From Takakia lepidozioides (taxonomy: Eukaryota; Plantae; Bryophyta): a stretch of DNA of 64,000 nucleotides. The stretch is from NCBI GenBank assembly GCA_030704615.1, contig CM060731.1, forward strand, positions 3,286,001 to 3,350,000, given 5' to 3'. This document shows positions 1-13,857 of this stretch, one piece after another (position 1 is the first letter of the stretch; every line of letters starts with the position of its first letter). The notes beneath the pieces are model-generated. The model was not told where the DNA came from. It was given only the letters and a program-made list of their open reading frames with translations, and made no database searches. The translations under genes and the position numbers were made by a program.

Positions 1-75
1 TTGACAGAGGTGGCAGCCTTGGCGCTTTGGAGCTTCCGTAACACAGGGAATATGCAAAAAAACCAAGCTTCAAGT

Positions 76-560
76 GTCTCCGCCGGCGGAGACGCTTGCA
101 GGAGGTTCCTGAAACCTATGAGCTGAGCAAAAAAGAATGTACTCAATGGGTATGCGCCGGCGGATATGCCAGCGCAGCCCACTCGGAACATCAGCAACTT
201 TTGAGCATGCGGAAAAACAAAGGAGATGGAAAAGGGGAGAACTTCCTGAAACATTTGAGCAGCCCTGCTGCACAGGTATGCGCCGGCGGATACGCCAGCC
301 CAACCCGCTCGGAGCATCAGCAACGTATGAGCATGCAAAAAAATAAACGGGATGGGAGTAGATGAGCACTTCCTGAAACATGTGAGCATCCCAGCTCCAA
401 CGGTATGCGCCGGCGGAGGTGGCAGCCCAGCCCTTCCAAGCATCAGAAAAAACCAAGGGGAATGAGCTGTCTCCGCCGGCGGAGACGGTTGTGTGTATGT
501 GTGGATATTCGCAAACTTGTGAGAGTTGAAGTGACTTAGGCATCTGCGCCGGCGGAGGTG
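76..560. repeat. Array of palindromic CGCCGGCGGA motifs upstream of the MULE-like gene (runs off window start)
   Basis: Perfect palindrome GTCTCCGCCGGCGGAGAC at 76 and 469; GCGCCGGCGGA at ~154, 280, 406, 545 within ~126-bp degenerate units. Confidence 0.8.
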
Positions 561-1792
561 CTAGATTAGGAGCAGCTTGGTGGGGCTTATGCGATGGCGC
601 ATATGCCTAAGTGCAGGTCATGAAAAAAAACAAAACTACAGCTTACCTCCTCCATCCGCAGCTTACCTCTACCACCACCACCACCAGCAACGCGTCCCCC
701 TCGAGTGTCCTTCTTCCTCCCCATCGCCGCAACAGCTCGTTGCCTCGGGGTGGTATAGTATAAGGCCGAGATGCGGCGCCTCTGTCTCCTCTTCGCAACG
801 GGAGTCTCTAGGGTGTAGAGACTAGAGATGTGTTAAGTGCTTGTGTAGTTTGTGTGTGTTTGTTTGGGGGAGTGGCAAGGGATAATGTGCAAGTATACTA
901 GACTACGTTAGTGTAGTAATGATACTGGGTTAGTCATGTAGTAATGGAAACAAGTTTAACTGAATAGAAACAGTTTATTAACAAAAAAGTAGAAGTTGTT
1001 TCATTGAATAGAGCATGGCTTGTTGGTAAGGTTGTGGTGTATTTTCCACAAGGTTGCGGGTTCAAACCTGCCCCCGCCAAGGAGAGCGGGGGGGGAGGGG
1101 GGCGAGTTAGCGAAGGCTAAGGCCTTAAAAAGGCCAAATTGGCCAAATCTGAAATGTGAACTTTTTTTATACACTCTGGCGTTAGTGCTTTTTGGACTAC
1201 ATGGGTTACACGTGGATCCTCAGAAGATGGTTGTACGATTGACATGTTACTTTGTGGCGGCGCCTTCATAATACAATATAAAGTAAGTGATAAAGTAACT
1301 AAATATTTTGTTATGGGTGTCTTAATCAATTTATTGGTTTTAGAGTCAATTGTCGCCACAAATACTTGTACTCATTACTCATACATGAGTAATCAAAGAA
1401 CAAATCAACATACATGTCATGGGATTTGATTGTAAATAAATTGTCCCATCTAGTGTATCAGTTCATAGTTGGACGATTAATCAACGATTGGTTGTAAAAT
1501 AAATGGAAACATGCAGAGCATTTATGTTTCATATGCTCATAAGAAGAAGGCAGTACATTGGATTCTAAGATCTCAACAACGGCGCCGTCGTCTTAAAAAT
1601 AGGGGATAGTCCATTTAGTTGTTTCTGTCAGAGAATAATATGGATGGAACACTTGCCTCAAAAAATTTGGACCTTCTGGATTGATGATACACATAAGTAA
1701 TGTAAGCCATTTAATGTATTTGCATAAGGTCTTGCAAGATGTGTGCTTTCATTCATTTTGCATCTTCTCTCAAACTTTGAGGGCATTGCCAA

Positions 1793-4700
1793 ATGTCTAC
1801 ACCAAAATATGCAGTGCTTTCATGTCCACCTGATGCAAAAGTGGTTCGTTATCCTTGCAATGGAAACAAGTGCATTATCCCAGAACCTTGGTTATGCAAT
1901 AGATTCAAACTTGTTCTGGGTTCAGTTTTTTTGGAGGATGATGGAGATGATGATGCCTCCACAGTGTTGCTTCCAGTTTTCAATGACGGCCAAAAGCAAT
2001 GGGAGTTGTTTCCAAACACTTTCTCCAAGTACCGTGTCACAGGTACGAGCTATACACAGTCACATGATGAGAGGCACACTTCTATTGCAAGAAAGAACGA
2101 TCAAGCTGCAACAAATGGGAGTTGTAAATTGAAGGAGGAGGTTGCAGATTCGGCGAGCTTGGGGTCTCATAATTCGGATTGTGTTGAGGTTTCTAAGAGT
2201 GTATTTTGTGGATCTCAACCTTCCTCATCTGCTCATATGGTCTTGCTTCACGACATGAAGCCTCGGAAAACTCCATTGGACAACACCACGTCTGATTGTT
2301 GCGAATCTGCGAGGGGTTTATCTTCATCTCCACGACTAGCAGGGGAGGCTACATCTGCATTTCCTTCTGGTGTGTTGTCCATTTTGAGTATCTTGGCCAC
2401 TGCTCGGAGGAATGGATCAAAAGGAGAGCTTTCTACCTTGGACTATAGTCACATTCCAGTGCATCGTGTTCGGTGTCTTCCTCGAGCTTTTGATGGAAAA
2501 GTGATCCACGAACTCCCCCCGTGGTCAAACTACGTACGGACCGTGGTTCACAGTCCCTCCAAGGCATGGACCGCAAGTTTGATGGTCATCCTTGGTGCAA
2601 GACCAATACCTACAATATGTCTGGTGTTCCAGATCATGTGAAATGTAGTAAGGTTCTTTGTGTTGGAAAGCTCATATGTCAAAGCAGCACTTGCCTCTTC
2701 TTCAAGAAAGAAGGAGAACGGAATGACCGCTATTGGGAAGGCAATGCAGACAAGGTGTTCATTGCAGGAGCCCAAGTTCCATTCAACCAGTTCAAGTGTA
2801 GTTTCTGCAAAGAAAGACCTTTCTGTGAGGCGCATTGTGGGGCAAGAATGTACTATGTCACAAGTTCCCTTCCAACATATACACGTGTTGCAGTTCACGT
2901 TGGGTTTCATAACCATCCATGTGCCAAGGGCGAGAATAGAGAGGCTGCGGAAAATGCATCAAGCATGATTCAAGAGCACGTTAAGATGAAGCCATGGTCG
3001 ACCCCGAGAGCTATTTCCTTGTCAATGGCCCAAAAGCTCTTGATTGATCGAGTTCTTGTGGCTGATGGCACAGAGACAGTACGTCTTGAGGGAGAGGCTT
3101 TGGAAGATATTCTTGAAGAGTTTGCCCATGTTTGTAGCCCCAGTGTGAAAAACAAGGTCGCATCTGCACGTGTCAATTCCATCATGTCCATATTGGAGTT
3201 GAAGCGTCTGAGTTTATACCATTTCATTCACAGCAATCCCCTTCCAGGCCAGCATACTTCTCATCTCCCCCATGTTTTCAAGATGTTTGTTGCTGGTCCC
3301 AGGAGTGGTGTTGATCTTGTGCGTCGCATGAGTGAGGGGGATCTACGCACAAGTTGGGTAGTATTTGACCATGTCAAACGCATCAAGGATTGGACAACTC
3401 TTGCGTGTCATGTCTATGAACCATATGTCAAGCGAATGATGACCATTGCCATTTGCGATATGAAAACAGAGGATGCAGATGCTCAGGTGTTATTCTGGGA
3501 GATGATCAATGAACAAGCAAAACTTGCTGGCTTGAACAAACCAAATTTTGCTGGCTTCATGGCGGATGCAGCAGGAGCGAATTGGGCTGCTGTTCGAAGG
3601 GTTTATGGATCTGATCCCAATGTCCCAATGGAAGATAAAGAAAGAACATGTTTATATCATTGGGCTGAAAGCCTCCGAAGACACACCAACGACTATATCT
3701 TGGAGGACTTCCGTGAAAGGCACACTCAGCTCTGTTATGAATGGAAAGATAGTGCTACCTTGGAGGATGCTACAACCACATACATTGCAATTCGGGCTTG
3801 GTGGCTCTCTTCAGGAGCATGCACAGAAAAGAGTCTGCCAAAACTGGATTCATGGCTTGCATGGTGGCACTACAGATATCGAATGTGGGCCAATGGATGA
3901 GAGAGGACATGGATGTGGAGGCAGATGCAGATATGCCTACCACTAATTTGTCTGAGGCAGTCCATTCTGCTTGGTGGAAGACAGCAGGCAATGGGAAAAA
4001 AATGAAGGTGGATCTATATGAGGCCACCATGCATGACATGTCACGAGCTCTTTTGCAGCAGGCAATATTTTACAGGCACACCACAGGAAAGACATGGGGG
4101 ACGGGGCCCGACAAAGAGGAGCTCATGTTGCGTCAAGCAGCTAGATCTAATAGCCCAGCAAAAATGGGTAAGGTTGTACGTGGCATGGTAGCTGGAACAC
4201 CCATGCACACAAAGGGGGTTCAATTGGAGGGAGACAATCGCACTATTCCAGTCAAACGCAAGTTAGGCAATGAGCATGGTGGGCCAAACGAATCTTGGAG
4301 GTGTGATATGAATGTAAAGACTGTTCCAGTGCGCGCCACTGGGATGCCCAGTCCACACCAGTCATCTAGGTTTGTCAGCTCCAAATCAAGTCATGACATT
4401 CCTGGTTCTTCAACTTTCTGTGAGACAAATCCACATGTTGCTATCCCTCCTCAGCCAATGCAATGGGGAAATCCAGTGAGAGAAACACAAGACTTTTCCG
4501 ATGCATTGTTCAGGATTCAGCGGACAGGTCCTGCTTCCATGGTTCGTTGTTCTGCCTTGGTTGGAGTTTCCAAAGATAAATGCAAAGCGCTCATCAGGAA
4601 AGGTAAAGGAAGTCCTGCACCTTGCTTCACTGGCAAGTTACTAGCACCGAACATGAAAGAACCAAAACTGCAAGTTTTTTGGTTTTGCCCCACAGATGTT

Positions 4701-5323
4701 TTGTCGTGTGTTGGAGGGACCGTGCCATCCTATTGCTTGGGAAAACCGGGTATACCTAACGTGTGGCCTGTGAAGGTTGGAACCAACCTTACACAAGAAG
4801 AGGTGGACATCTTGACCCTTGCAGGTTTTCGACTAGTCCATCCTCCCAACGTTCCTGATCCGAATTTTCTTGTGGGACCACTTCCAGTGGAACAACATAT
4901 GTTGTCCTTCCTGTGGGTAAGTATCCCACTACACGCTATGGGGTGCGCATTCGGCGTCGGGATCCGACTCCTCGACACTTGAGTCGCCAAGAGTCAGCGG
5001 AGACTCTTATTGCTGAGGTTCGTGGATTCAGAAACGTGCCTCAGCCAGGTTATGGGAGAATTTACCAGCTACAAACAGAGGGATCTACCAGAGCAGGATT
5101 GGTTTACAATGTATACATTGGTCAGTTTCCATCTTGTGATTGTCCCGACTTTGATGAGCTATCTGTCAAGAAGAAAAAACAAACATATCTACCTTGTAAG
5201 CACATGTACTTCATGTACAACGTGCATCTAGGATGCGCCGGGGCTTATGAGATCCACCAACCTTCCCTTAGCCAGTTAGAGGTTAGGGCTATGCTAAAGA
5301 AGGACCCTAGTTCAACTTCTTAG
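1793..5323 (+). pseudogene. Mutator-like (MULE) DDE transposase with WRKY/GCM-like Zn domain and C-terminal SWIM finger, frameshifted
   Basis: Overlapping ORFs 1793-2641, 2521-3900, 3798-4982, 4913-5323; motifs VVFDH, FMADAAGANWAAVRRVYG, CLYHW, TTNLSEAVH, SWIM CDCPDF..PCKH. Confidence 0.8.
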
Positions 5324-5924
5324 TGACACATGAAATGCACAAAAAAAGAACCTCTAACTTGTGCCGTTCATTTTCATGCATTTGACATGTAATTATCTTG
5401 TTACTACTTTATTCCAAACATGACTTATAGCATTTGTAAGTACAGAAGTTCCTATTTTGGTTAAAATGGAACTTGTGTACCTGTCATACAAGTTTTCAAA
5501 TTATAGAACTGCTTGGCATTACAAACAGACATGCAATGTGGTGGTTCCAAACATGACACATATGCATTTGTTAGTACAAAAGTCCATATTTTGGTTAATA
5601 TGAAACTGTTTTCCTTGAATACAAGTTTGCAAACTATTACTTTGGCCAGGGATCTTGTATTCTCTTCAGTTTAAGGTGGTGCATTAGTTGGAGTTAGTGG
5701 TCACATGCATCTTTGACCATTGACTACTGATTTTGTTAGCTAAGATTTTTTATTTTATTTTATTTTTTCTATATACATATGATGTAACATTTGCATATGC
5801 AATAAATACGTCGTATTCTATGTTATATAACTCCACTGCATACAATCTACAATGTGTGCATACAAATTTGTCACATGCATATATAATAAGGGATTTTGTG
5901 CATGCATGCACGCAACCTGTGCAT

Positions 5925-7950
5925 ATGGAATAGCAACCCCCTGAGCTGCCACCACTGGCCCCTCATTCACAGGAGCTCTCATCTCATTCTGGTGTCTGAT
6001 CCAGAATGGACAGGCTGCCTTGCGATGTCCTGCCTGATTACAATAGTAACACAGTTCTTCCCCATTAGGTCCTCGCCCTTGGTCTGTTCTGGGATTGTTT
6101 CTGTAATCCTGATTCCCTGGCTGGTAATTCCCCCTTGGATTACCCTGATAGTTGCCTCTGGAATTTCCTTGGTAATTCCCTCTTGGATTACCTCTCCCTT
6201 CCATGCCATTGTTATAACCACCAGGCCTACCATAGTGGTCCTGATCGCTATTTCTTCTTGGCTGGGGCTGCACTTGATGCATCCTTACTTGCCTAGGTTC
6301 TCTTGTTGCTGTCCTTATGTTGTAGTAACAATTCTCAGTAGAATGGTTATCCATTTTACAGATAGTACAGTGTTTCTCCTTCATGTGGCATTCAGTGGTG
6401 GTATGGCCTTCATTCTGACATTTTGCACACCAAACACCCTTCCTCCAATGTGTTGCAGCCTCTGTGGCATACTTCTTCAAGATTTCTTATAATCTTTTCT
6501 CATAGTTATCCCTCTTCAACTTTTCCTTCCTCTTACTCTTCCTCTTAAGCTCTTGCTCTTCTTCCTCATCTGACTCATCCTCAGAGTCCTCATCATCCAT
6601 TTTCTCTCTCCTGAGCATTCCCAATTGCTCAATTATGTTCGTTGTTTCAAATGCCTCCTCCACTGTATTATGGGGTAACATATCCATTTTTTTTTGCAAC
6701 TCTGGTCTTAGTCCACTCACAAACCAAGTCTTCTGTAAACCTGGTGCTGGTACAGCAGCCAGCTTTTTCATCATCAATTCCATCTTTTCCATATACTCAT
6801 CAACAGTTTCATGCTTCTTTTGCTTTAACTGTTGTAAACTTCCATATGCTTCATCCTCAATTTTACTTGTCCTGAACCTATTTCGGAATGTTGTATTCAA
6901 GCCATTCCAGGTTAGGAAATGATTATCAGAGAATCTAGCATACCATTCAATTGCTTTCTTTATAAGTGAACAAGGAAACAGTCTCATCTTGGCATCATCG
7001 CCATTCTCATTGTTCACTATACACATGTGCTCAAATTGGCTAATGTGTACATCAGGATCCCCTTTTCCTGAATATATTGGAAAAGGTGGTTTTGCCTGTG
7101 TTGGTTGTAACGCCATCTGTGGCCCTACCCCCTGCCCACTGATAGGTATTGGCCCCCTTGCTGGTGCTGGTCCTTGAGGACTTGTTGTAATTGTGGTGGA
7201 ACTTCCACCAAGTGCTGGCCCCTGAGCACTCCCTGCTACTGGCCCCACTATATTCATAGTATTCCTAGCTCCAATTGCACTACTTCCCACACTCCATGTC
7301 CCCCCAGAGCCAGATCCAGGCTGCCCGCCTGATCCCCCTGAGCCGACACCTTCATTGGCCTGTGATCCAAGTGCTCCACTTGATCCAGGTCCAACGGGTT
7401 GGGATGTCATGGTTGTAGTCTCAACCTCAGCTGTTGGGTCTACTTCTTCATACTCTTCATCTTCCAATTTCTTCTCTCTGTTTTCATCTTCCAAGTTCTG
7501 CCCTTGGGTTTCTTCTTCTTCACTCATGTAACTCAATTGCAATGGTGTTGGAGAGTCTGAACTCTCCGTTGGCTCTGCCACATCCTCTCCTCCTTCTTCA
7601 TCTTCCGTCTCAGAAACTGGAGTTCCTGCTTTTGGTGTTCCATGCCAACTCTTATCAAAGATTTCTGTCAAATCTTTTATCCAGGGATGTACCTCAGATC
7701 TTTCACCTCGTGGTTGATCTTCTTCATGTACCAATTCCCTTAATCTTTCTTGCAAAGAATAAGAAGGAGTGGCATCCAACTCTAGTTCTTCCGGTATGGG
7801 TGATGTACTCTCTGATCTTAATGGTGTGAGAGGTCCAGATGATTCCCTTATGTCTATTCCTCTCTCCCAAAGATATGGATAATTAGCTTTCAGATAACTT
7901 TCTTTTTTTGCTGAATATCTCTGGAGTCTAGCTTTTCTTTCATCACTCAT
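5925..7950 (-). pseudogene. Ty3/gypsy element A gag (retrotransposon gag domain + CCHC zinc knuckles), one in-frame stop, truncated before pol
   Basis: ORFs 6487-7950 and 5818-6480 in same frame; YSGKGDPDVHI..LFPCSL..AIEWY; CAKCQNEGHTTTEC, CTICKMDNHSTENC, CYYCNQAGHRKAAC. Confidence 0.85.
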
Positions 7951-8536
7951 GTCCTATGTCTTTCATTTTTTTAATGTGGCAATAACCAAAACTCTCTTCT
8001 GTAGTATCTCTCGTATATGCCTGGGTTTCTTAGCTTCAATGCACCCTTGGCTATACTAGAAGTCTCCGTTACCATATAACCATATGGCAAACAAGTCTGA
8101 AAAGCTGTTCTTGGTGTGAGTTTGATCCACAGAATATCCTTTGGAATCCAATTCTTTACCCGTACAAGCTCCTCATGCATATGAGTATAAACATTCACCT
8201 TCCTTTCCTCCCAGCCTTCAAACTCTACTCGCTTAATGGATAGCAATGCTATCACATAAACTAGTGTTGGTAACCAATGTGCTCTTCATCTACAGGCCAC
8301 CTGATAAATCTTTATCACTCCTTTCTCCAGACCCCACTCAGGGTCAACATCATGCACTCTCTTAAGAATGTTTTCTTTACAACCGTCTGGCAATTCCAAG
8401 AACCTCTGAAAGAATTGTTTGGACAATCTTTCCTTCTTAGTTCCACAGGGGATTTGATTCACATCAAATTCTTTAATTCTCCAACCACCATGATCCCACC
8501 AGATGCCTGTCACATCTGGTTGTTCATGACCCAGTC

Positions 8537-8553
8537 TCCCAGTACGGTCGCCA
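8537..8553 (-). promoter_or_regulatory. Primer-binding site of element A (tRNA-type)
   Basis: TGGCGACCGTACTGGGA on minus strand 2 nt downstream of LTR end CGACA. Confidence 0.7.
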
Positions 8554-8555
8554 AA

Positions 8556-9572
8556 TGTCGAGCGGCTTTTACTCGCCCATCCCTTCGCTATCCGAGGTGG
8601 AAACTCCAAGATAGAAGAGTTGGATATCTCTAAGCACTCAGCCCGCTCAGAACAATCAGTCATGACCTGCAGCTAGTGAATCATGGTTGTGCTTCCTATT
8701 TGTATTCCTTCTTGCCTTCATGTTATCAATTTACCTTACTGTGTATACTGAAGCATCAGATTGCTTCAGTATCTACTAGGTTCCAATTAAACATGCATTC
8801 ATTCCACAGTTTCTCTCGTGTCTCTCTACATAGTATGTTTGTATCGATTCAGTATCGGATTAAGATTAATCATGTATCATGCCTATGCCATGGTGTCTCT
8901 AATCTACCCTATTGTATAATTTTACAGCTTGCATGAATTAAGCCTCAATCAAGTAATCATCTCATCTTCACTGTTTCCGCTCTCCGTTACGTCTTCTTCT
9001 CTCCTGAACAAGTCCCCCTCCTCAAGAAGTGATCCCCTTCCTGTTGCCGCTCTGCCTAATCTACCCGCAAGCTGTTCTAACCACCTAACTAACTAACTGT
9101 CACCCCTAAAGTAACACGTTCCTTCTGCAGATGTCGTTCCCACACAATCGTTCCATGTCAATGATTATTGTTCCCCATGTACTGTGACAGGCTGTGTCAA
9201 GCTGTGACTGGCTGTGTAAAGCTGTGTCGGGCTGTGACTGGCTGTGCAAAGCTGTGTTGGGCTGTGACTGGCTGTGCGAAGCTGTGTTGAGCTTTGTCAG
9301 ACTGTGTCTGGCTGTGATAGATTGTGACGGGCTGTGTAAAGCTGTGTCGGGCTGTGACTGGCTGTGTCTGGCTGTGATAGACTGTGATAGGTTGTGTAAA
9401 GCTGTGTCGGGCTGTGATAGACTGTGACGAGCTGTCTAACCCCCCTAAAGACTGCGCCTGCCACCCCTAAGGCTCCCGTTGGTCTCAGTCTACCATTCAT
9501 AAGTCTGCGCAAAAATTAAGGATACCCCACAGAACCCGTAAAAGCGTCTAAGTCCCAAGCAGCCTTCTAACG
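8556..9572 (-). mobile_element. 5' LTR of gypsy element A
   Basis: Reverse complement of 37281-38253; followed by PBS and gag; internal GGCTGTG tandem array 9180-9430. Confidence 0.9.
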
Positions 9573-10108
9573 GTTACCGTGATCTATCATAATTTACCAT
9601 AAATTACCATTAGTCACCAAGTTACCGAATGTTTATCAAATTACCGAGAGTAACTTGGGAAGCTGCTCAGGAAGCTTCCTTTGGAGGAAACTTCTCCATC
9701 AAGATACCTCATGTGTTTAAGGAAACTTCTCCATCAAGAAACCTTCTGTGGGGAAGCCTCTTAGAGAACCTCATAGTAGCCAATATATATAGGAGGCGAG
9801 ACTTGACACTCTTCAGTCTCGCCAACACAAGTTTAAGCTACTCTTGTTTCCAGTTCCAGTACTCCAGTCCAGGTTCCAGTACTCTAGTTCAGTTTCCAAT
9901 ATCTAGTACTCCAGTCCAGTTTCCAGCATTCCAGTTTCCAGCATTCCAGTATCCAAATCAAGTTCCAGTATCTTGTACTCTTGTCCATTGTTATAAAGAT
10001 CATCTTGATTCATACCCATCACATGCATACCGATCTTGACTTCTTGTCTAGTCTTGTACCTCTAGTCTGATCTCTTGTTTGAATTCAGTCATGCTCTCGA
10101 CCTTGACA
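9573..10108 (+). mobile_element. 5' LTR (distal part) of chromovirus B1, interrupted by element A
   Basis: Homologous to 20418-21000 (-), 15003-15698 (-), 21002-21427 (+); ends TTGACA; TATA at 9784. Confidence 0.9.
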
Positions 10109-10146
10109 GTTTGGCGAGACTAAAGTTTGTTGTTTAGTTAGTTAAG

Positions 10147-13100
10147 ATGGAAGGCACATCTGCGGAAATGGTCGCCACATTGCAGAGTCTTCAGCTCCAG
10201 ATGCAAGAACTTTGTACCTCTACCACCCAATTACAAGCTGATCAGTCTCAAGATCTTGGCAACGCTCTCCACAATTTGCAACAACAAATTTCAGAGTTAA
10301 AGGAGTCGAACAATGGAACTTCAACCAATGAGTCTCTACTGCAACAGCTCCTACTGCAACGGTTCCTCTTCAACAGATTACGAGAAAACCAAAGATCAGC
10401 CTGTCCGAGAAATTTAATGGGACAAGAGCAAGGTTTCCCGGTTTTGTTCAACAAATATGATTGTTCCTACGACTACATTCACAACGCTACCCTGATAAAG
10501 ATATTCAAGTGGGATTCGTGGGCACCCTTCTATCAGGCACTGCCCTATCTTGGTTTGCACCACTATTAGAAAACAATTCACATTTACTATATAATTTTAA
10601 AGCATTCACTGCAACATTTGGAGAAAATGATAGGGAGAGAATTGCAGAGACAAAGATGCGAAATCTTCGACAAGGAGCACGTCTTACTTCCGTTTATGCT
10701 GCCGAATTTCGACAACTTACGTGCGACCTCGACTAGAATGAGAAGAGCCTCATTAGTCAGTTTCGATGTGGACTAAAAGAGGATGTAAAAGATTTGTTGC
10801 TGACAATGCCAAACGTGAGCACACTAAGCAAATTCATCACCCAAGTCATTACATGCGATAATCGTTTGTTTGAAAGACGTCAAGAGAAACGATCTGGATG
10901 GTTGACGACGCATCATGTCGCTGCTACTACGGCACCAAACACAACAATCCATCAGACATCTGATACTGATCCTATACAGATTGATGCTGTCTGATTCAAG
11001 CCATTGACGCCACAAGAAAAACAAAGACGGCGCTCGAATTGATTATGCCTCTATTGCGGAGAAGAAGATCACATAACATTAAACTACCCCAACAAGAGAA
11101 GATTCAAAGCTCGGGGTGCAACTCAAGTGTTCGATATGAAGAGGTCGGAAAACGAAGATGTCCAGTCACAGTAGGAACCATGCGGCTGGACACCACAAAT
11201 TCCTCACAAAAAAAATCTCTTTCTACCTCCAGACCCTGCACCTTGCTTCAGAGTTCCGGTAAAAATCAGAGTGCAAAATTGAGATATCTCTGTAGAAGCA
11301 CTTTTGGACTCAGAGGCTTCAGCATGTTTTATTGACAAAAACTTTGCGAAGCAACACAATTTAACGCTCGTAAAGAAAAAACTCTCGGCCCCCGTTGAAG
11401 TCATCGATGGACGACCGTTAGCATCAAGAAATGTTGACCATGAAACTCGACCACTTGAAGTGAAGCTTGAAGATCAAACATCACATATTGTTTCAACATC
11501 ATTCCGTCTCCAACGAATCCTATGATCCTTGGACTTCCCTGGTTCCTTGGAGCTACAGCTTTCATGAGAGCTACCAAAAAAGATGCGGTATTTGTATTTT
11601 ATGCGACTCCGATCAAAACCACAACAAACAAAATACTTCGACATTACCCCACTCAATATCAAGATTTCAAGGATGTCTTCGAGAAGAAAAATACAGACAT
11701 ATTGCCAGAACATCGACCTTATGACTGTGCAATTGAGTTACAAGAAGGAGCCCAATCACCATTCGGCCGAATCTATAACTTATCCCAGACGGAGTTGGCT
11801 GCATTACATGAGTATATTGATGAAAATTTGTCGAAAAAACTTCATCCGACATTCAAAATCACCTGCAGGGGCGTCTATCTTGATTGTGAAAAAAAATGAC
11901 GGATCATTACGTATGTGTGTGGACTATCGCGGTCTCAACAAAGTCACAATTAAGAATCGTTATCCGTTGCCGCTGATTTATGGGCTTCTCGACCAACTGA
12001 GACCAGCGAAGATTTTCACCAAAATTGACTTGAGATGAGCTTATAACCTTGTACGGATAAAAGAAGGAGACAAATGGAAAATAGATTTTCGAACAAGGTA
12101 TGGACATTTTGAATACAGTGTTATGCCTTTCGGTCTTACAAATGCTCCAGCAATTTTCCAACATATGATGAATGACATATTTCGAAATTTTTAAATGACT
12201 TTGTTGTCATCTATTTGGACGACATTTTGATATTTTCACAGAATGAAGAAGAACATGGCCGCCATGTACGCCTTGTCCTTGATAAATTAAGAGAAAGAGG
12301 ACTATATTATGCCAAGTTGAAAAAATGTCTTTTCCATCAATCTGAGGTCGAAAATCTGGGCTACATTATTTTCGACAAAGGCGTCTTTATGGATCAGAAG
12401 AAAATACAACCGTGATCGAGTGGATTAAACCAACTTCGGTCCGAGATGTACAATATTTTCTGGGATTTGCAAATTTCTATAGAATCTTCATTAATGACTA
12501 CTCCAAAATTGCTGCACCATTGACACGACTCACAATGAATGACAAATTTGTATGGGACGAGAAGGCTGACCAAACATTTAAAAGGTTGAAGCAGACATTT
12601 ATAACGGCTCCAATACTGGTACATGCAGACCCATCTAAACCATTCTTTTTGGAAGCAGATGCATCGGACTTTGCACTTGATGCAGTACTCTATCAATACG
12701 GTACAGATGGCCGACTCCACCCTGTTGGTTTTCGTTCTCACAAATTTTCCGCTGCGGAGATCAATTATGAAATCCATGACAAATAACTTCTAGCGATTAT
12801 CGATGCTTTTGAAGAGTGACATCATCTATTGGAGGGAGCTAAACATCAGGTCACTGTCTATACCGATAACAAAAACCTCGAGTATGAGTGTTCGTGTTTT
12901 GAATCGATGTCAAGCGAGATGGAGTATGTCACTAGGAAGGTTTGATTTTGTTATTACCTACCGTCCCGGACATCTTCAAGGAAAACTAGATGCTCTTTCT
13001 CGACGATCGTATCTTGCGCCAAAAGAAAGGGATGCAGATGTCCACCTATGACGATGCAGAGATCATAAAGGAGATTCAGAAAGCATTGAAGAGCGACCAA

Positions 13101-13193
13101 TTTGCTACGACACTACGAAGTCAACTAAATCAACCTCGAGACAACCCACATGTTACAAACGACTTCGAATTCAAAGATGACTTACTTTATTTC
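10147..13193 (+). pseudogene. Chromovirus B1 gag-protease-RT-RNaseH, heavily frameshifted, cut before integrase by B2
   Basis: LSGTALSWFAPL gag; LLDSEASACFID protease; [21 protein letters not shown]; LEADASDFA RNaseH. Confidence 0.9.
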
Positions 13194-13228
13194 TGTCAAG
13201 GACGAGAACATGACTGAACACAAACAAG

Positions 13229-13773
13229 TTGTTTCCGGAAAATGCGCAGTAAACTTGCATGGGCACTGGTGTGCATCATGGATGTTGTCCACAAGAACGG
13301 TGTCCTGCACAATGACTTATCCCCCGACAACATCTTGTTGCATTTTCCAGATGGCACCGAGTAGATCAAGATTGGGGTGTGTGATTAGGGCTTAGCCACC
13401 CCATTGGGCATATACAAAGCCTCGTCGTACCAGTTTGAAAACCAAGACAAGCTGGACCGGGAACTCGCGAAAAGATGGTGGATGGAAAAAGATATTGCAT
13501 CGGTTTTCAATGCGAATGCCCCCCCCCCCCCCCAAGGACATGACGTCGGAGGCCTTTGCCATTGGGAAGATAGCGGTACGATTAAATGACGGCGCTCATT
13601 ATGATCAAAGTATGTTCCAGGCCCAATTTACGGGAGGTTGTTGGCATTCAATGCTACAAAGGTTGTACGACAACAACAAGAATGAGAGAGTCACATTAGC
13701 TCATGTAGTACTTCGGTTCACGGGCAAGCCATTCAATTGGCCTGAGCCAGAAGACGTATATAGGACGGAGTAG
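13229..13773 (+). pseudogene. Protein kinase C-lobe fragment inserted within the B2 3' LTR
   Basis: Manual translation LAWALVCIMDVVHKNGVLHNDLSPDNILLHFPDGTE*IKIGVCD*GLA..SEAFAIGKIA..FNWPEP; homologous to 54710-55306. Confidence 0.8.
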
Positions 13774-13857
13774 ACCATAGTCTCGTAGATATGAGATTTC
13801 TGGCTGTACAATGGTTCTTTTATGAAGACATAACTCAATTTTGATCGTGCATGTAAT

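Noticed and set aside
1012-1075. tRNA gene (also 23298-23362)
   Set aside because: A/B-box-like motifs but no convincing cloverleaf or acceptor stem
9194-9427. Cys-rich repeat 'protein' CDWLCKAV and ORFs 8676-8936/37873-38133/37341-37709
   Set aside because: Translations of LTR A tandem array and LTR sequence
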